DNA from: Seison nebaliae
Taxonomy: Eukaryota
Assembly (NCBI GenBank): GCA_023231475.1
Contig: JALJEE010002051.1
Coordinates: forward strand, 1-64,000
Length of the DNA: 64,000 nucleotides
Direction: 5' to 3'
This document shows positions 38,901 through 52,300 of this stretch, one piece after another (position 1 is the first letter of the stretch; each line of letters starts with the position of its first letter). The notes below the pieces were generated by a model. That model worked only from the letters and a program-made list of their open reading frames with translations, searched no databases and had not been told where the DNA came from. Both the position numbers and the translations under genes were made by a program.

Positions 38901-41900
38901 ATGCCACAGTGGAAGCCGCAATGTCTCCGTCCTGGTGTCGAGACTACACCAATCACCGGTTAATATTTTGTCCATAATTTCCTCTTTTCTAATCTAACAA
39001 CTACTCAATTCGTAGTAAGCGAATTACAAGGATGTGCAACATTCCACTTGAATATTTCGGCGGAGGATGGTATCGGAATTAATATTGATCAAATGACCAA
39101 ACAAATCACTCAAATCAATGAGCAACACATCATCTTTCGGTTAGTTGTCTGATGATTGTTCAATTGGATTTCAATTGAAATTGTTCCATCGATAGAAAAG
39201 ACTATTTTGAGATTGGTGACAGTCTGGTGTTAATCGACAGGAATGAGACGAATCTCTTCTCACCAGAACAATTGAGTTTAATGTTCCAAGGTATTGGACA
39301 TCATGGAGAGAAGATGGGAAATAATTCGTCAGCATATCTGGAAGAGGAACATGATTCGAAACGTGAAAATCGATCGACGAAGAGTGTGTCTTTGACGATT
39401 GTATATAATCTACCTCCATGGCGTTAATTTCCTAAATAATTTCCATAATAATATCATATCTCCTTCAGCCATTCCACATATGCAAATGACTTCATTCACA
39501 AAGATACTTGTCGTTCGTCTAAAAAGGACGGATGAAAAGGAAAATTTTGGGTTCGTTCTAAGAGGAGGACATTCATTCCGATTAGTCGATACAACGAAAA
39601 ACAATTTTGTAACGAAAGTGGATGAAGTGGTGATGAAAGATCGAGTTTTACGTGTCCGAGATTCGACCAGTATCACATCCTGTTCCAAAGGTGATCCAAC
39701 GGAAAATTTGAAAGAAATTGATAAGTTGACGTCACATCGACGAACGGGACAAATGAATACTGATGAAAGTTTCTTTTTAAATAATTAATATCATTTCATT
39801 AATATGGAAAATGTTGAAAGATCGAACTGATCCATCTAATCTAACCAGAGATCATATGCCATTTATTATAACAAGTATAAGATCAGATTCACCAGCTGAT
39901 CGAGATGCAACAATGAAAATTGGTGATCGTCTACTCCGAGTGAATAATCGGCGAATCACTTCATTAACATTAACCGGATTATATGACTATTTAAATTCGA
40001 TAAAATCTCATGAAATCGATTTCACTATTGAATATGATGTGGCAGTAATCGGTTAATTTCATTCTTCGTTCATTATTTAAAAATTCAAATTATTATTCAA
40101 ATTTTGGATAGATCAGATCAAAAGTAGTCGTGGTCCTTTATTGATCGAAATTGAAAAAAGTAGTGACTCACCAATCGGTTTGGAGTTACAATTGAAAATG
40201 GTCCGCTACACAAAACATAGTACTACTGGAAATGCCGCTCAATATCAAGTTGGTCTTCAAGAATTACCAGACGCTTATAACAAAACGAAATTGAGAAAGA
40301 AAGATGGTATTTGGCAACGGTGTATACTTCAGGTGAAAAGTGTTCGACCCGGCAGTATAGCTGATCGATGTGGAGTATTGCATGCGAATGACCAAATCCT
40401 TTCGATTAATCACAAGCCCTTCGAACAAATGTCGTTAAGGGAAGCCAACCAAATTTTGAATGAATCATCTGGAGAATTTTGTTATATTGAAATCATGCCT
40501 CTCAATTCCATGGATCAGAGACGTGTCGATGATATTATGATACAACAATTACTTCAGAAATGTCAGAGAGCTGCTCATTCTTCCAAATGGCATATGGATG
40601 AAGACAAGACGGAAAATGAGAAGAAATTAGGAAAGAAGAATAAATCGAATAGTGAATTAAATGCATTTCAAAAGACATTAGGTGAGAATAATTGCGAGAA
40701 TAATTGTGAGAATAAAAGTGATAATCAAATTAATAATAATAATCATCATCATCATCATCAGAAACCCGATCGTGCTCTAGTTCATTTAAATGAGTTACAT
40801 AGCGATTCCTTCTCGAATACACACGGACTTCGATCACGGAATGACACACCGAAATATCAACAACAAACTAAATATTCCACATTAACATCTTCACTCAATA
40901 ATCAGCTTGATTGTGATGGGCATTGTGAAACGGTGTGTCTCATTCTCAAAATGAGAAACAAACATCCGCAAAGCCAACTCATCACCAATTGTCTCTTACA
41001 TTCACCATCTCTGGGTTTCAGTTTAAGAATCGACGACTATTTCCCCAATGCCCAAAAAGATTCGAATAACTCGACGAATAATTATAATCATAATGATGGA
41101 AATAATAATGGAGCGATGTATAAACATTTCACTTCGTCGTATCCGAAAATTATGGCGATCGAAACGGACAGTGTTATCGATAATTGTCCATCAATTCAAA
41201 TTGGAGATCATTTGAAAACCGTCAACGGTTATCAATGTCGAGCATTGTCTTATCAACAATTAGCATCGTTGTTAGATGAGGCATTGTTAAGGAATTGTAT
41301 TTGTATAGAAATTGGATTTACCGTTGCCGATTCCATCAGTATGAGCGAAGGTATATTTTCGGTAAGACTTAGTAAATTAAAGAAAGATTTAGGACTTTCA
41401 TTCTATGGTTCACTTTATTTTTTTACTAAATTACTTTATTCAAATAATTAAAATTTTTATTTTAAAATAGTTGCTCCGAAACCGCCTAATTCGAATAATG
41501 TGAATAATGGAGATAATATGCATCTTAATAACGACATATATCCTTTAATATGTGATATCGAGAAAGGTAGTGTTGCTTACAGGTCTATTTTATATTATTC
41601 TTGTTTTTATATATTTTAATTTCTATTTTGAAAATGTTTTTAAAATATTCAATTTTCTAGATGTGGTATGTTAGAAATTGGTGACAAGTTACTCGCATTA
41701 AATGGTAAATGTGTTCGATCGTATCGAGTGGAAGATATTAATAAACTATTTCAAACAAATGCTGATCATGTTCAACTAAAAATTCAGAAAGATAAAAATA
41801 TTGATGACGTGGATGATGAAAAGAATATCGTTTACACAGTCGAATTACAAAGGAATGAGAAACCACTCGGACTAACCATTTCAGGTACTGAGGAGCCATT

Positions 41901-44045
41901 CCAACCGATATATGTTTCTAATGTTTGTAGTGGTGGAATGGCGGAGAAGACACAGGCGATACATGTTGGAGATCGGATAGTTGCCATTAATGGTATGTTA
42001 TTAAAAGGCAAAGGTTTGTCCGATGCGATATCGATGTTGAAATCGAGTAGGAACAGTGTCATGTTGAAAATATCTCGACCTGTTCAACGATTGAGTGGAA
42101 CTTATGAAAATTTCAACGGTTATTCATCTTCTGGTGAAGTGTCTAACCGACGAAATATCAAACTGAAAAAATTGTGTTCGCCCAGTCATTTAACTGAAGT
42201 GTATGGACGGAATTCCCAAAAGAATTATGTAAATTCGATTCAAGTGCATCATTTGCCCAAAAAACGATGTGGAGCTATGAGATCCTTCTCACAACGCGAA
42301 CCACAAAACGGTCGATATTTCAATAGTGAAATTAAAATGAATGATAATCATATCGAGAAGAAATGTCGTGCTTATTCTATTGAGAAAAGTGCGTGTAAAT
42401 CTTCCAACAATAGTGAAAATAAGCTCAATCAACAAATCACTTTATGTCCATCCGACATCTTTACCATCGATTCATTGAACGATAAAAATCATTTATATTC
42501 CAATACAATTAATGATAAGTCTTCCAATTTCCATCTATTCCCATCCGTCGATCAAACATCGTCTATGGGAGTAGTATCTACAACCAACATCGTTCAATCA
42601 ACCACCACAAATGCCACCAATGGCACTTGTCGAATTACTGAAATTCCCATCAACACACCAAATAAAATACTCTCAACATTGACCACTTTAGAAACGTCGA
42701 ATATTGTACCAATTCAATCGAATCTCATAAAGAAAGATCAACTCAATGTACATGAACGATATTATAGTGGAACATATTCCCAATCATTACTCGATAATAT
42801 TCGACGATCAAACAAAGAAATTTCGGATGATTATCGATCAAATAATCATCCACAAACCAAATGGAATTATTCCGTTCTCACTGATTGTACTCCCACCATG
42901 GCCAATTTCCTTGTTAATTCTCTCTTTTTCTCCCGTATCTGATTGTTAATATTTTTTGAATTAAAAAAAAGAACAATATCGAAAAGACAAAAGAACGACA
43001 AGATCTCTCGTCTCATGACGCGAAGCACAGTGTCTCTTGTGAGAAGTTACGAGATGATATTCGTCAGAAACATGTCAGTTATCCTTCAAGAATGAAAGAT
43101 AATTCTCTTCCGTCAACAAAATTTGCGGAATTTCGTCAACAAGACAAATCGAAATTGACTGATCGATCGTTCATTCGTTCATTGAATTTTATTTTCAAAT
43201 TTCCAATAGATTTTATTCTTATTTCTTTGATTTAGAGAAACAAAAACGGACATCATCCTTCATCGAGGACGTCCAAAAGAATCCTTATTTCCGAATAATT
43301 CCAGTGGAGAATAATTTCGACGAACAAACATTCAGTGGTCAAGGCACTCCATTCAGTTTCAATGGTGAGTTCAATGAAACAACTTCAAGTCTAAATCGTT
43401 CAACGAATCAATTACCATTGAGGAGTTGCCTCAAGAAGAATGAACCATCAACATTATTGAAGAGGAGTAGCGACAATCAATTCAAACCGATTGTTGAGAT
43501 TGATTCATCAACTACATCAACGTCGCCAACAAACGGTGGTTTATGCTCCGTCATCATTCATTCAACGGAAGATACTGCCAATCAAGATATCGGTCTCGTC
43601 ATCTATAACGGTGAAGGAAATGAAGTATTGATTGATTCAATTTTGCCAAATAGTCGAGCTGCTGAAATTCCTTCATTCACGAAATATTCAAGAATATTAG
43701 AAGTTAGAAATGATTTGTGAAGTAAAATTTCATTTTATTTCTCTCTCAAAAAAATTCGATTTTTCGACAATTCGTGATTAGATTAACGAAATAAATACGA
43801 AAAATATGAGATGTAGCGATGTGCTCTCTCTATTACGCTCATCGACATCCCAAAAGGGTGATAAGCAACTGTCATTCATTTTAGGTGAAGAGAAAACGTC
43901 ACCCCAATTGACAAGTGAGAGAGAGAAGATTGATGAGACGAATAACGAAAACAATGAAAATATAACTAGAAATGAAGAGAATGGAGAAGCGATATCAAAT
44001 CATAAGAATATCGAAAAAATAACTCGACTCACCTATACAATTTGA
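38901..44045 (+). CDS. GRIP1: GRIP-like (glutamate receptor-interacting protein) multi-PDZ scaffold, about 11 exons
   Basis: N-terminus MPQWKPQCL. GRIP-typical segments include FGFVLRGG, SPADRDATMKIGDRLLRVN, IEYDVAV.D.IKSSRGPLLIEI, GSIADRCGVLHAND, GSVAYRCGMLEIGDKLLALN and PLGLTISGTEEPFQPIYVS...GMAEKTQAIHVGDRIVAING. Ten frame-preserving introns were reconstructed. Confidence 0.9.
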
Positions 44046-44109
44046 GAAAATTTGTTCCGAATAAAAAATTCTTTCTTTCATTCCATATTCCCACCAATCT
44101 CCCACCATC

Positions 44110-45039
44110 TCATACGCCAGTGCGAGGTAATGCATCTCGTAACATTTCCATGGTCGTTTTGGGAAGTACTTCAGGAAATTTTATATTGAAATAAATTACG
44201 AGATCACCTCTCTTATTTGGCGTTTTCGGATTGACGGGTAAGCCTTCGCCTGTTAAACGTTTTCGTGTTTCAGGATTGAGGATCTCGTTGAATGTCAACG
44301 CTTTTCTTCTCCCATCCAATAGAGGTACTTGTATCGTCGTACCGGTAAGTGCGTCACGTAAACCGACACGTGCTTCATATAAAATATCGGAGCCATCACG
44401 TTTAAATAATGGATGAGGTCGATCTTTAATAATGAAGATGATATCTGCTGGAATTGAACTGGGATTATGATCGCCTTCTTGTGGATAAGTAATTTTTGTT
44501 CCACTTTTCCATCCTGGTTTTACTTCGATCACGAGAACTTTATCTTCAGTTCTCGATGTCTTCCCATCAGCATTATACATTTTCCTCGAAATCTTCATCT
44601 TTTTCGTACATCCTGTTGCTATCTCCTCCAACGTTATCAAGAGATCATGATAGATTGGAGGATCTTGTTGTTTCTTTCTCGAATTCTTTCCATAAATCGT
44701 GTGAACATTATTGAATATGTCATCATCGAACATGGCGTCGAATGGATTGGATTTGGAAAAGAATTCTCGGAATGTTTGATTAGCATCATGTGTATAACCG
44801 CCGCCAATATCAGTGGTGCCGCGAAGACCTTCCTCTCCATACTTATCGTAGATAGTTCGACGATTCTCATCATTGAGAACTTCATAAGCTTCTGCTGCTT
44901 CTTTGAAACGTTCGGTGGCTCCTTCTTCTTTATTCTTATCCGGATGATATTTCAATGCGAGACGACGATACGCTTTCTTAATATCTTCCTCAGACGCACC
45001 ACGTGCCAATCCCAAAATCTTATAAAAATCACGACCCAT
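44110..45039 (-). CDS. DnaJ/Hsp40 class B chaperone (DNAJB1/4/5-like), single exon
   Basis: [10 protein letters not shown]...YHPDKN J-domain, short G/F region, and a DnaJ C-terminal domain ([32 protein letters not shown]). Confidence 0.95.
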   Translation of the reverse strand: MGRDFYKILGLARGASEEDIKKAYRRLALKYHPDKNKEEGATERFKEAAEAYEVLNDENRRTIYDKYGEEGLRGTTDIGGGYTHDANQTFREFFSKSNPFDAMFDDDIFNNVHTIYGKNSRKKQQDPPIYHDLLITLEEIATGCTKKMKISRKMYNADGKTSRTEDKVLVIEVKPGWKSGTKITYPQEGDHNPSSIPADIIFIIKDRPHPLFKRDGSDILYEARVGLRDALTGTTIQVPLLDGRRKALTFNEILNPETRKRLTGEGLPVNPKTPNKRGDLVIYFNIKFPEVLPKTTMEMLRDALPRTGV

Positions 45040-46218
45040 CTCTATGGTGGAAATGAGAGTTCTGCTACAAAGGAAAAGTTGAACAAATTACAATTTCATC
45101 TGACACGTTGGAAGTTCGTTCGAAATGCTCGATCGCCAACCGTTCGTATCTCAATTTTTTTCAAGACAGTTCGTCCAATATCGATTTGATATTATTCGTC
45201 GCCATCATCACCTCCACATCCATTCACAAAATAAGTGAACCGTGCCTTATCTCTTTCTATATCGGCGTTCATCTCCTCCATTTAACGATGACGAACTGTT
45301 CATCCCATTAATGTCTCATATAAATGAACATATGACTCATCTTCCTTCTCTATCATTCACATTCAACTCACTTACATGATATGCAAAGAACATCGAACAT
45401 ACTTCGATTATTCTCCATTTACAAATATGTCTCAACCATCCTCAATTTCTTCTGAATTGAACGATAGAATTTTCTGAGAAATAGATAGATAGTATAATAT
45501 CAGTTATCAGTAGTTCTATCAGTTGTTCAAACAATATCTACTAGAGAATTAATTCGAGAATAATTCGAATAAATTTTGAAAAATATTATGGATGAGTTTT
45601 GAAGAATATATTATTATTTTTACTTTTTACCATTCGTCACTGTTCTAGAATAGATATTTCTTAAAATATCAAATCTTCCTGTCGCAAACTGTTGAAAAAA
45701 TAGAAAATTCGAATTAGTCCTATTTTGTCATTCTTAATAAATGTCTATATAAGTCACCGTTTCTGAAAATAGTTTTAGCACTATTATATAGAGATAATAT
45801 AATGGACAACAAAGTGCCTATCTGAACTAACCTGAAATAAATATTAGAACTGTCTAGAAATACATGTGAACACGATTGAGCGTCATGACATTCACTGAAT
45901 AAAATGTGAAGTGAAAACGATAATAAATTTTTAGTAAAGAAATTAAGATTTTTAATGAAGACACGTAAAATTTTCATGAAGATTTATTCTCAAAAATAAA
46001 ATTAGAAGAAAATTAATAAATGATATGTGAACTACTAAAAGAAACGGAGAATTATGAGAAATATTTGATGAACAGACATGATGATAAAAAAATAAAATTT
46101 GGATGACAATTGTTTTCACCAGTTTCGTTTATAGTTTGACGACTCATTTGTTTTTTTATTTATGACATTATTTAGAGATATATCGGAAGAAGTGGAGATA
46201 TTCGATTGAAAATATCTT

Positions 46219-47652
46219 TCAAAAATAAATAGGCTTACTACCCATGTCGTCCATGTAGTCTTCTTCTCCATCATCTAATGGAATATGGCGAATGATGATG
46301 GAATTATCTGAATCATATGAATGTTCTTTGCAACAATTCTCCAATAACTCTTCTAACGTTGACAATTTTCTCAAATAATTTTTGAAAATGTCCGAGATCT
46401 TCTCAAGAATTTCTTTGGTGGTGAAAGTGAGTGTTGATTCACTTTTACTGTCATCATCGTCATCATCGTCATCTTCACCATCCGTTTCGCTCAAATTCAT
46501 TTGATTGAATGTAGTTGTGGTATTAGCTATGATGTCATTAGGCGTTTCATCTACCGATGGACCGATAGATCTACTCGCTATTCGATCATCCGATTCGTGT
46601 CTTATTGTTACTGTTGTTGCTATTGTGGTTGTGTGATTGGTGATGGTTTTTATATCAATTTCAATTTCATCTTCATTTGGTTCAGGTGATAGCCAAATAT
46701 GTTTTTTTGCTTCTTGAATTGTTGATCGTTTCTCCAAATTACGATTCATAAGAGAAGAAAGAAAATGTTGAAGATTGTTGGAGAGATGTCGAGGAATATC
46801 GAAAGAACATTTCGATATAGCCGCTTGTACACTAAGATAATTATGACATTTAAACGGTAATTTTCCCATAATGATTTGATATGTAGAGATGCCGCATTGC
46901 CACGAACAAACTTTGAATGCTTTTATTTCTTTCTCATCTTTTTCACCCACTTCCGGTGGCTCATAAGCTGGCGAGCCCATGGCAGCCGATAAAATCGGAT
47001 TCTTATCGAAAACGGAAAAAATTTCAGCCGAACCGAAATCACAAAGTTTCAGATGGAATTTTTTATCGATCAACAAATTTCCTGGTTTGATGTCACCGTG
47101 AACGATATAAATGGAATGAAGATAATCTACTGCTTCCAATAATTGACGAATAATTACTTTAACAATTCTCTCATTCATAAGAACTGGAAGAAGTGAATCG
47201 ATGATATGCATCAAATCCGTTCCACCAAATTCGATAAACAAATAAAGTTTCTGAGTTTCTTCGTTACGGAAAGTGGAAAATAATTTGACAATATTTTCAT
47301 GTGAACATTTTGCGAGAATAAAAATCTCATTTTTCGCATGAACTGATACATTCGGTTTATATAATCGATTAGCTTTCGGTGCTCGGAAAATCTTGACGGC
47401 ACGTTTCTCCATCGTCTCTAACGAATAACATTCTCGTACTCGACCGAATGATCCAATGCCAATCCGATCACCGAACAAATGGCCATTAATCTCTTTTGGT
47501 GGACGTTTCAACGTCTTCTTTCCATTTCCTTCATATCGAGACATATTCGTTGATTCAACACATTCGTCTAACCACTCATCAATAGTTGGGATACCACAAC
47601 CTCCGTCACCACCACGTTCCTTCCCGTTAGTTACATTTCTCTCGAATGACAT
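46219..47652 (-). CDS. STK11/LKB1 (PAR-4)-like Ser/Thr kinase, divergent, single exon
   Basis: GIGSFGRV, RAVKIF, NEETQKLYL, HGDIKPGNLL, DFG, GSPAYEPPEV. These resemble LKB1 motifs (NEEKQKMY, HKDIKPGNLL, GSPAFQPPEI). Confidence 0.8.
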   Translation of the reverse strand: MSFERNVTNGKERGGDGGCGIPTIDEWLDECVESTNMSRYEGNGKKTLKRPPKEINGHLFGDRIGIGSFGRVRECYSLETMEKRAVKIFRAPKANRLYKPNVSVHAKNEIFILAKCSHENIVKLFSTFRNEETQKLYLFIEFGGTDLMHIIDSLLPVLMNERIVKVIIRQLLEAVDYLHSIYIVHGDIKPGNLLIDKKFHLKLCDFGSAEIFSVFDKNPILSAAMGSPAYEPPEVGEKDEKEIKAFKVCSWQCGISTYQIIMGKLPFKCHNYLSVQAAISKCSFDIPRHLSNNLQHFLSSLMNRNLEKRSTIQEAKKHIWLSPEPNEDEIEIDIKTITNHTTTIATTVTIRHESDDRIASRSIGPSVDETPNDIIANTTTTFNQMNLSETDGEDDDDDDDDSKSESTLTFTTKEILEKISDIFKNYLRKLSTLEELLENCCKEHSYDSDNSIIIRHIPLDDGEEDYMDDMGSKPIYF

Positions 47653-48066
47653 GCGATTTTTGCATTAATTGGCTCATAATTCGAAATTTTTCACCTGCAC
47701 TTTTCAACACATTCATCTCTTCTAACCATTTCTTACACCTACTTTTCCAGATTAACGCTTATCTCATCTCCACCAAAAAATTTCGCTTTCTAATTATCGA
47801 TAAGTTGAACGATAAATTAATAGTCAGTTATCAGGAACAATTATATTCATTCATCTTCTAACAATCATACCAAGAAAAGACTCTCGAAAAACCGGAAAGA
47901 AACATTAATACCAAACAAGGAAAATTGATACGCTTCTTTTTTCATTAAACATGTTCAATTATAGATTTTATAAATATGGTCGTTAACAACCTTTAGAGAC
48001 ATCAAAAAAAATAAAGTAGAGAAACAATCTGTACTAGAAATAGTAAGACGAACATTTAGTTGTGTT

Positions 48067-48139
48067 GGCTCTGTAGCTTAGCGGTTAAAGCGCCTGTCTT
48101 GTAAACAGGAGATCACGAGTTCAAATCTCGTCAGAGCCT
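48067..48139 (+). tRNA. tRNA-Thr(TGT)
   Basis: Acceptor stem GGCTCTG/CAGAGCC, D arm TAGCTTAGCGGTTAAAGC, anticodon arm CCTGT-CTTGTAA-ACAGG, T loop GTTCAAATC; 73 nt. Confidence 0.95.
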
Positions 48140-48328
48140 TGTTGAATCGCGAAAAATATTTTCTCTATTTTCCTTTCAAATACGCATCAAACCAAAATTT
48201 TTAGTTTAATTGAATTATTTATATTTTTTATTTGACATAAATTTTTATTTAATTAGTTTTTTGACAATGAAGACAATGTTAGTGGAATGACCATGTTAAA
48301 AAACGTTAGCATTTTGTCCAGAAACATC

Positions 48329-48400
48329 GGACCTGTGGCTTAGTGGTTAAAGCGCATGTCTCGTAAACAGGAGATCGAGATTTAAATCTCGCCAGAGCCT
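48329..48400 (+). pseudogene. Degenerate tRNA-Thr(CGT) copy
   Basis: Same body as the neighbouring copies, but with acceptor-stem mismatches (GGACCTG/CAGAGCC), an anticodon-stem mismatch (CATGT/ACAGG), a broken B-box/T loop (GATTTAAATC) and 1 nt shorter. Confidence 0.8.
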
Positions 48401-48570
48401 TTTTGAATCAAGAAATTGTTTTTCCTTATTTTTTTCCTTATCGTATAAACAAATTAATTTCCTTTATTTTAATAAATTTGATATTATACCATGTAGTTGA
48501 ATTATATAAAATATTTTGTTTAATTATTATTCTTCTAAAATTTCTAGAAAAATACTTTTGGGTGAATGTC

Positions 48571-48643
48571 GGCTCTGTGGCTTAGTGGTTAAAGCGCCTG
48601 TCTCGTAAACAGGAGATCATGAGTTCAAATCTCGTCAGGGCCT
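48571..48643 (+). tRNA. tRNA-Thr(CGT)
   Basis: Acceptor GGCTCTG/CAGGGCC, anticodon arm CCTGT-CTCGTAA-ACAGG, GTTCAAATC, and a downstream T-run terminator. Confidence 0.95.
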
Positions 48644-49339
48644 AAATTTTTTGGAGGTTTATAAGAATGAATGAATAATTTTATTTTATATGAAAGAACA
48701 GTTTGTAAGATGTTTATTGATTGATTTATGAATATCATCAATTATTAATGTTGGAATAGTACAAATTGTCTATAAATGTGTCTGAATGAATCATTTGATC
48801 ACATTTGTTTCACTGACGGATTGAGTTCCACAGATACTTGCTTCACTCACAGTTCCCACTCTCCACTTATCTGAGTGGGAGATGCATCAAAAAAATAAGA
48901 GCATTAGGTCTGTATGTATGTAGAAGAAGAGCATTATTATCTTGAGTCTCATTAACTGGGAATAATTATGAATGACGAAAAAAGAAAAAGAAAATGATTA
49001 TAAATAATTGAACATTCGACAAACGGTCGTATCTGTTTGATATAAAATACGCATTTTAATGAAATCTTACACACATGTTCGATAGCTCCAAGGATTATTC
49101 GTTCGTTCGTTTATTGATGAACATTTCTCGATGATTAATGAGAATGAAGCGCTGTTCATGGACAGAATATTGGAGATGATCCATAGCTGTGCTCTAGCGG
49201 AATAGAGACGTAAAAAGTAATAAAGTCTTCTCGCCCATTACTAACAATTTAAGTTAACTGCCCATTCCATTCTCATTCCCTTAAAACTTCCTTTAAGTCC
49301 AACCCAATCTAAAGTGAAGGAATTCTACAACGAAAAATT

Positions 49340-52300
49340 ATGAAGCTCTCCCTAATCATCTTTTTCTTCTTATTCTACTCATCAATCAATTGCGATCGAG
49401 GTTCCTGCAAAATCTCTCCTTCTTAATATCATTTCCGTTAGTGAAGAAGTGTTTGAAAACTATCAACTTATCCACGAATGATACGGAACTATCTCTATTC
49501 GATGATATTCATCGAAATTGTCTCATTGATATTAAGGCAACGCACAAGACATCGATATTCATTCAAATTTTGAAAGTTAAAAGAGAATTTTTCATTTTGA
49601 ATCATTCCATTCGATTTGATTTATATCATAGATCGATCATGAACAACAAAATAATTCAACAAAATTTCGTAAAGAAAATTTATTTACTGTTCGAACGATG
49701 GATCATCATTTAAATCGATTTGTCGATTTATATCGAGGAACGATAAATTCTAAAGAACGATCCATATTCCATTTGGAGTCACAAAATTTCGTTCGAATAA
49801 ATTTGAAAAAGAACATCGAGTATATTCGTCAATTCGTTGAGTTTATTATCAGAATTTCTATCAGTTTGCCTTTTCAATTTATTTCATCATCTCCTTCATC
49901 AAAAATCTTTTAGATGATCATATAGATTATGATAAATCGACAAATAAATTACATGGAAATAATGAAATTGACATCACAAAAGCCTTCCATCAAAGTCTCA
50001 TGACTCCACTCTTTTTCTGGGATGGAAAACACGGCTTCTCCAACCATTATCCATCATCTGCCGTCACTTTGGACAATGATGGTTTTACTATTTCCGCTTT
50101 TGAATATGATGGAAAAGAATCATCAACTCATTATAAATTCATTAATATACTTCTGAAATTTGTTGAATATCAACCTTATTTCCATCGGATGATGGTCGAT
50201 TTCCAAACTTTCTCCTCTTGGAACGAATCCGAAGAACAAGCGCTCAATTCCATCGAAGATGCTTTCCGATTACGATTACCACTCCAATGGTGTCTGAGTG
50301 ATATTTTGGATGGGAATGAATATAGTCTCATAACAATTCCATGTATGGTCAATCATACATTAATAACATTGAAGAAATTTCATTATGAAACTATTTCTTC
50401 CATCCTTCTCAATCATCAATCGACGAATAAAATATTTATAAGACGGGTATTGCCCTCATCGAAATATGACGATGATTTGAATAAAATATGGAATAAAGGT
50501 TTCTTCAATTTCTCTCAAATGCAAATCAAACTTTTCACAACTTCAAGTTTTTTTTTTGTAAATTTCAAACAATTTACCAAGTTTCTCATTTTAAAGAGAA
50601 AATGGAAAATTCGATTCATATCGATCGAGAAGAAGAATCAAAAAGAATATTAGTCGACGAATTGGAAGTGAATTGGTTGGGCATTGATGGGGAGTTTGGT
50701 GAAACAAAAGTTCTCCAACCCATCAGTTCAACGGAACTACCGAAAATTATAAGGAAAAAAACGATAATTTTATCCGTTATCGAATATGAATTTCTCATAA
50801 AGAATTTCTTTTATAATTCGATGTATATCAATCAATTGACGTTATGGAATAAACAAGTGAATTATTCGATCGAGAACATCGTCAATCAGAAATTTCTTCC
50901 TATGAAAGACGATTATTTTCTGTTTTTTTTTCTTTTCATTTCTCATTCTCATTCTCTTTCAGACTGACCATCGAATATTCAGAGAGAATTGACAAATGGT
51001 TTTATCTGCCCATTAACATATCGATTCATTCGACTAATATCAGTGAAATTATTCGTTTCGACGTTTTCAATTTGCCAAAATGTCAAAATTATTTTCGAGA
51101 GAATGAAATTGTTTCATTTCCATTCGATATACCCAATTCGATTGTTGATTATATGAAATTGAAAGAATGTTCCCTCGATCTAGAGAAACGGGAACCGTTC
51201 TTACTCCTCAATATAACGTTGACTGAGGTTTCTCAATTAATTCTCCATTTTCTCATCCATCGTCTTCTCTCCATTTAGATGGCGATGAATGAGAAAGAGA
51301 AACAAATGAAAATTTTTAAGAATGGTACGGAAATTTTTAATCTGGACAAATATCTCAAAATCATTGGAGAGGATAAATATTATGGAAAATTATTAGAATT
51401 GTCCGAGTACGATTCGTTCACATTGACATTATCAGGAATTTATCTTTTCAAAAAATCGATCAATATCCATCTGAAATATATCAATAGAAAAGAATTACGT
51501 CATTGTAACGTTTCGAATTTGGTTTATGATGAACAGAAAATTATTTATGTGAAAGAAGGCGAAATTAATGAGGTACATTCGCCTTTATTCCCTCACAATT
51601 ATCTACCTGATCTCCAGTGCAAGTGGATGATCATCGCTAATTCGAGTAACAAACTAATTCAACATTCAGTCCAATCACAATTTATCATTAATTTCTCTCA
51701 ACTACATTTAGGATCACAATCTCCTAAAGTTCTACGTAATCGACGAGAACTTCAAGTATCGGATGGATGTAATCGATCAGACACATTCACCATTGGCGAA
51801 TATGATGTGGATATGATGACAGAATTGAACAATATAAAATTTTGTTACAATCAAAAACTTAACAGTATCATAACAACGGATGGTGAAGTGATTGATATGA
51901 ATCAACCGTTCATGTTGATTTCACCAGCTGTTCGTATCAATTTCATTAGTGATTCATTTCATCAATCAACCGGATTTCAAGTTCGATATTCCGCTAACAT
52001 CAACAAATGTACGGAAACCAACGGTGGTTGTCAACAACGATGTCATATGAATGAGAAGAATGAACATAAATGTTCATGTTTCGACGGGTATGAATTACAT
52101 CAGGAGAAATATTGTTATTTAAAAAGTTCTATCGATTTGATTATTTATCATTTGATTCTTTTCTCAACAATTCTTTTTTTTTCCTGTTTAGATTGTCGTT
52201 TTCAGAATGTTATGTTTCAACGACTTCAACAATATTTCACATATCCCAACAAACATTTCAATGTTCTCCAATCGAAATCTCTTCATGAAATGAGAGACTT

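Noticed and set aside
44467..45189. 240-aa plus-strand ORF
   Set aside because: It is the antisense shadow of the conserved DnaJ CDS, with no motif of its own.
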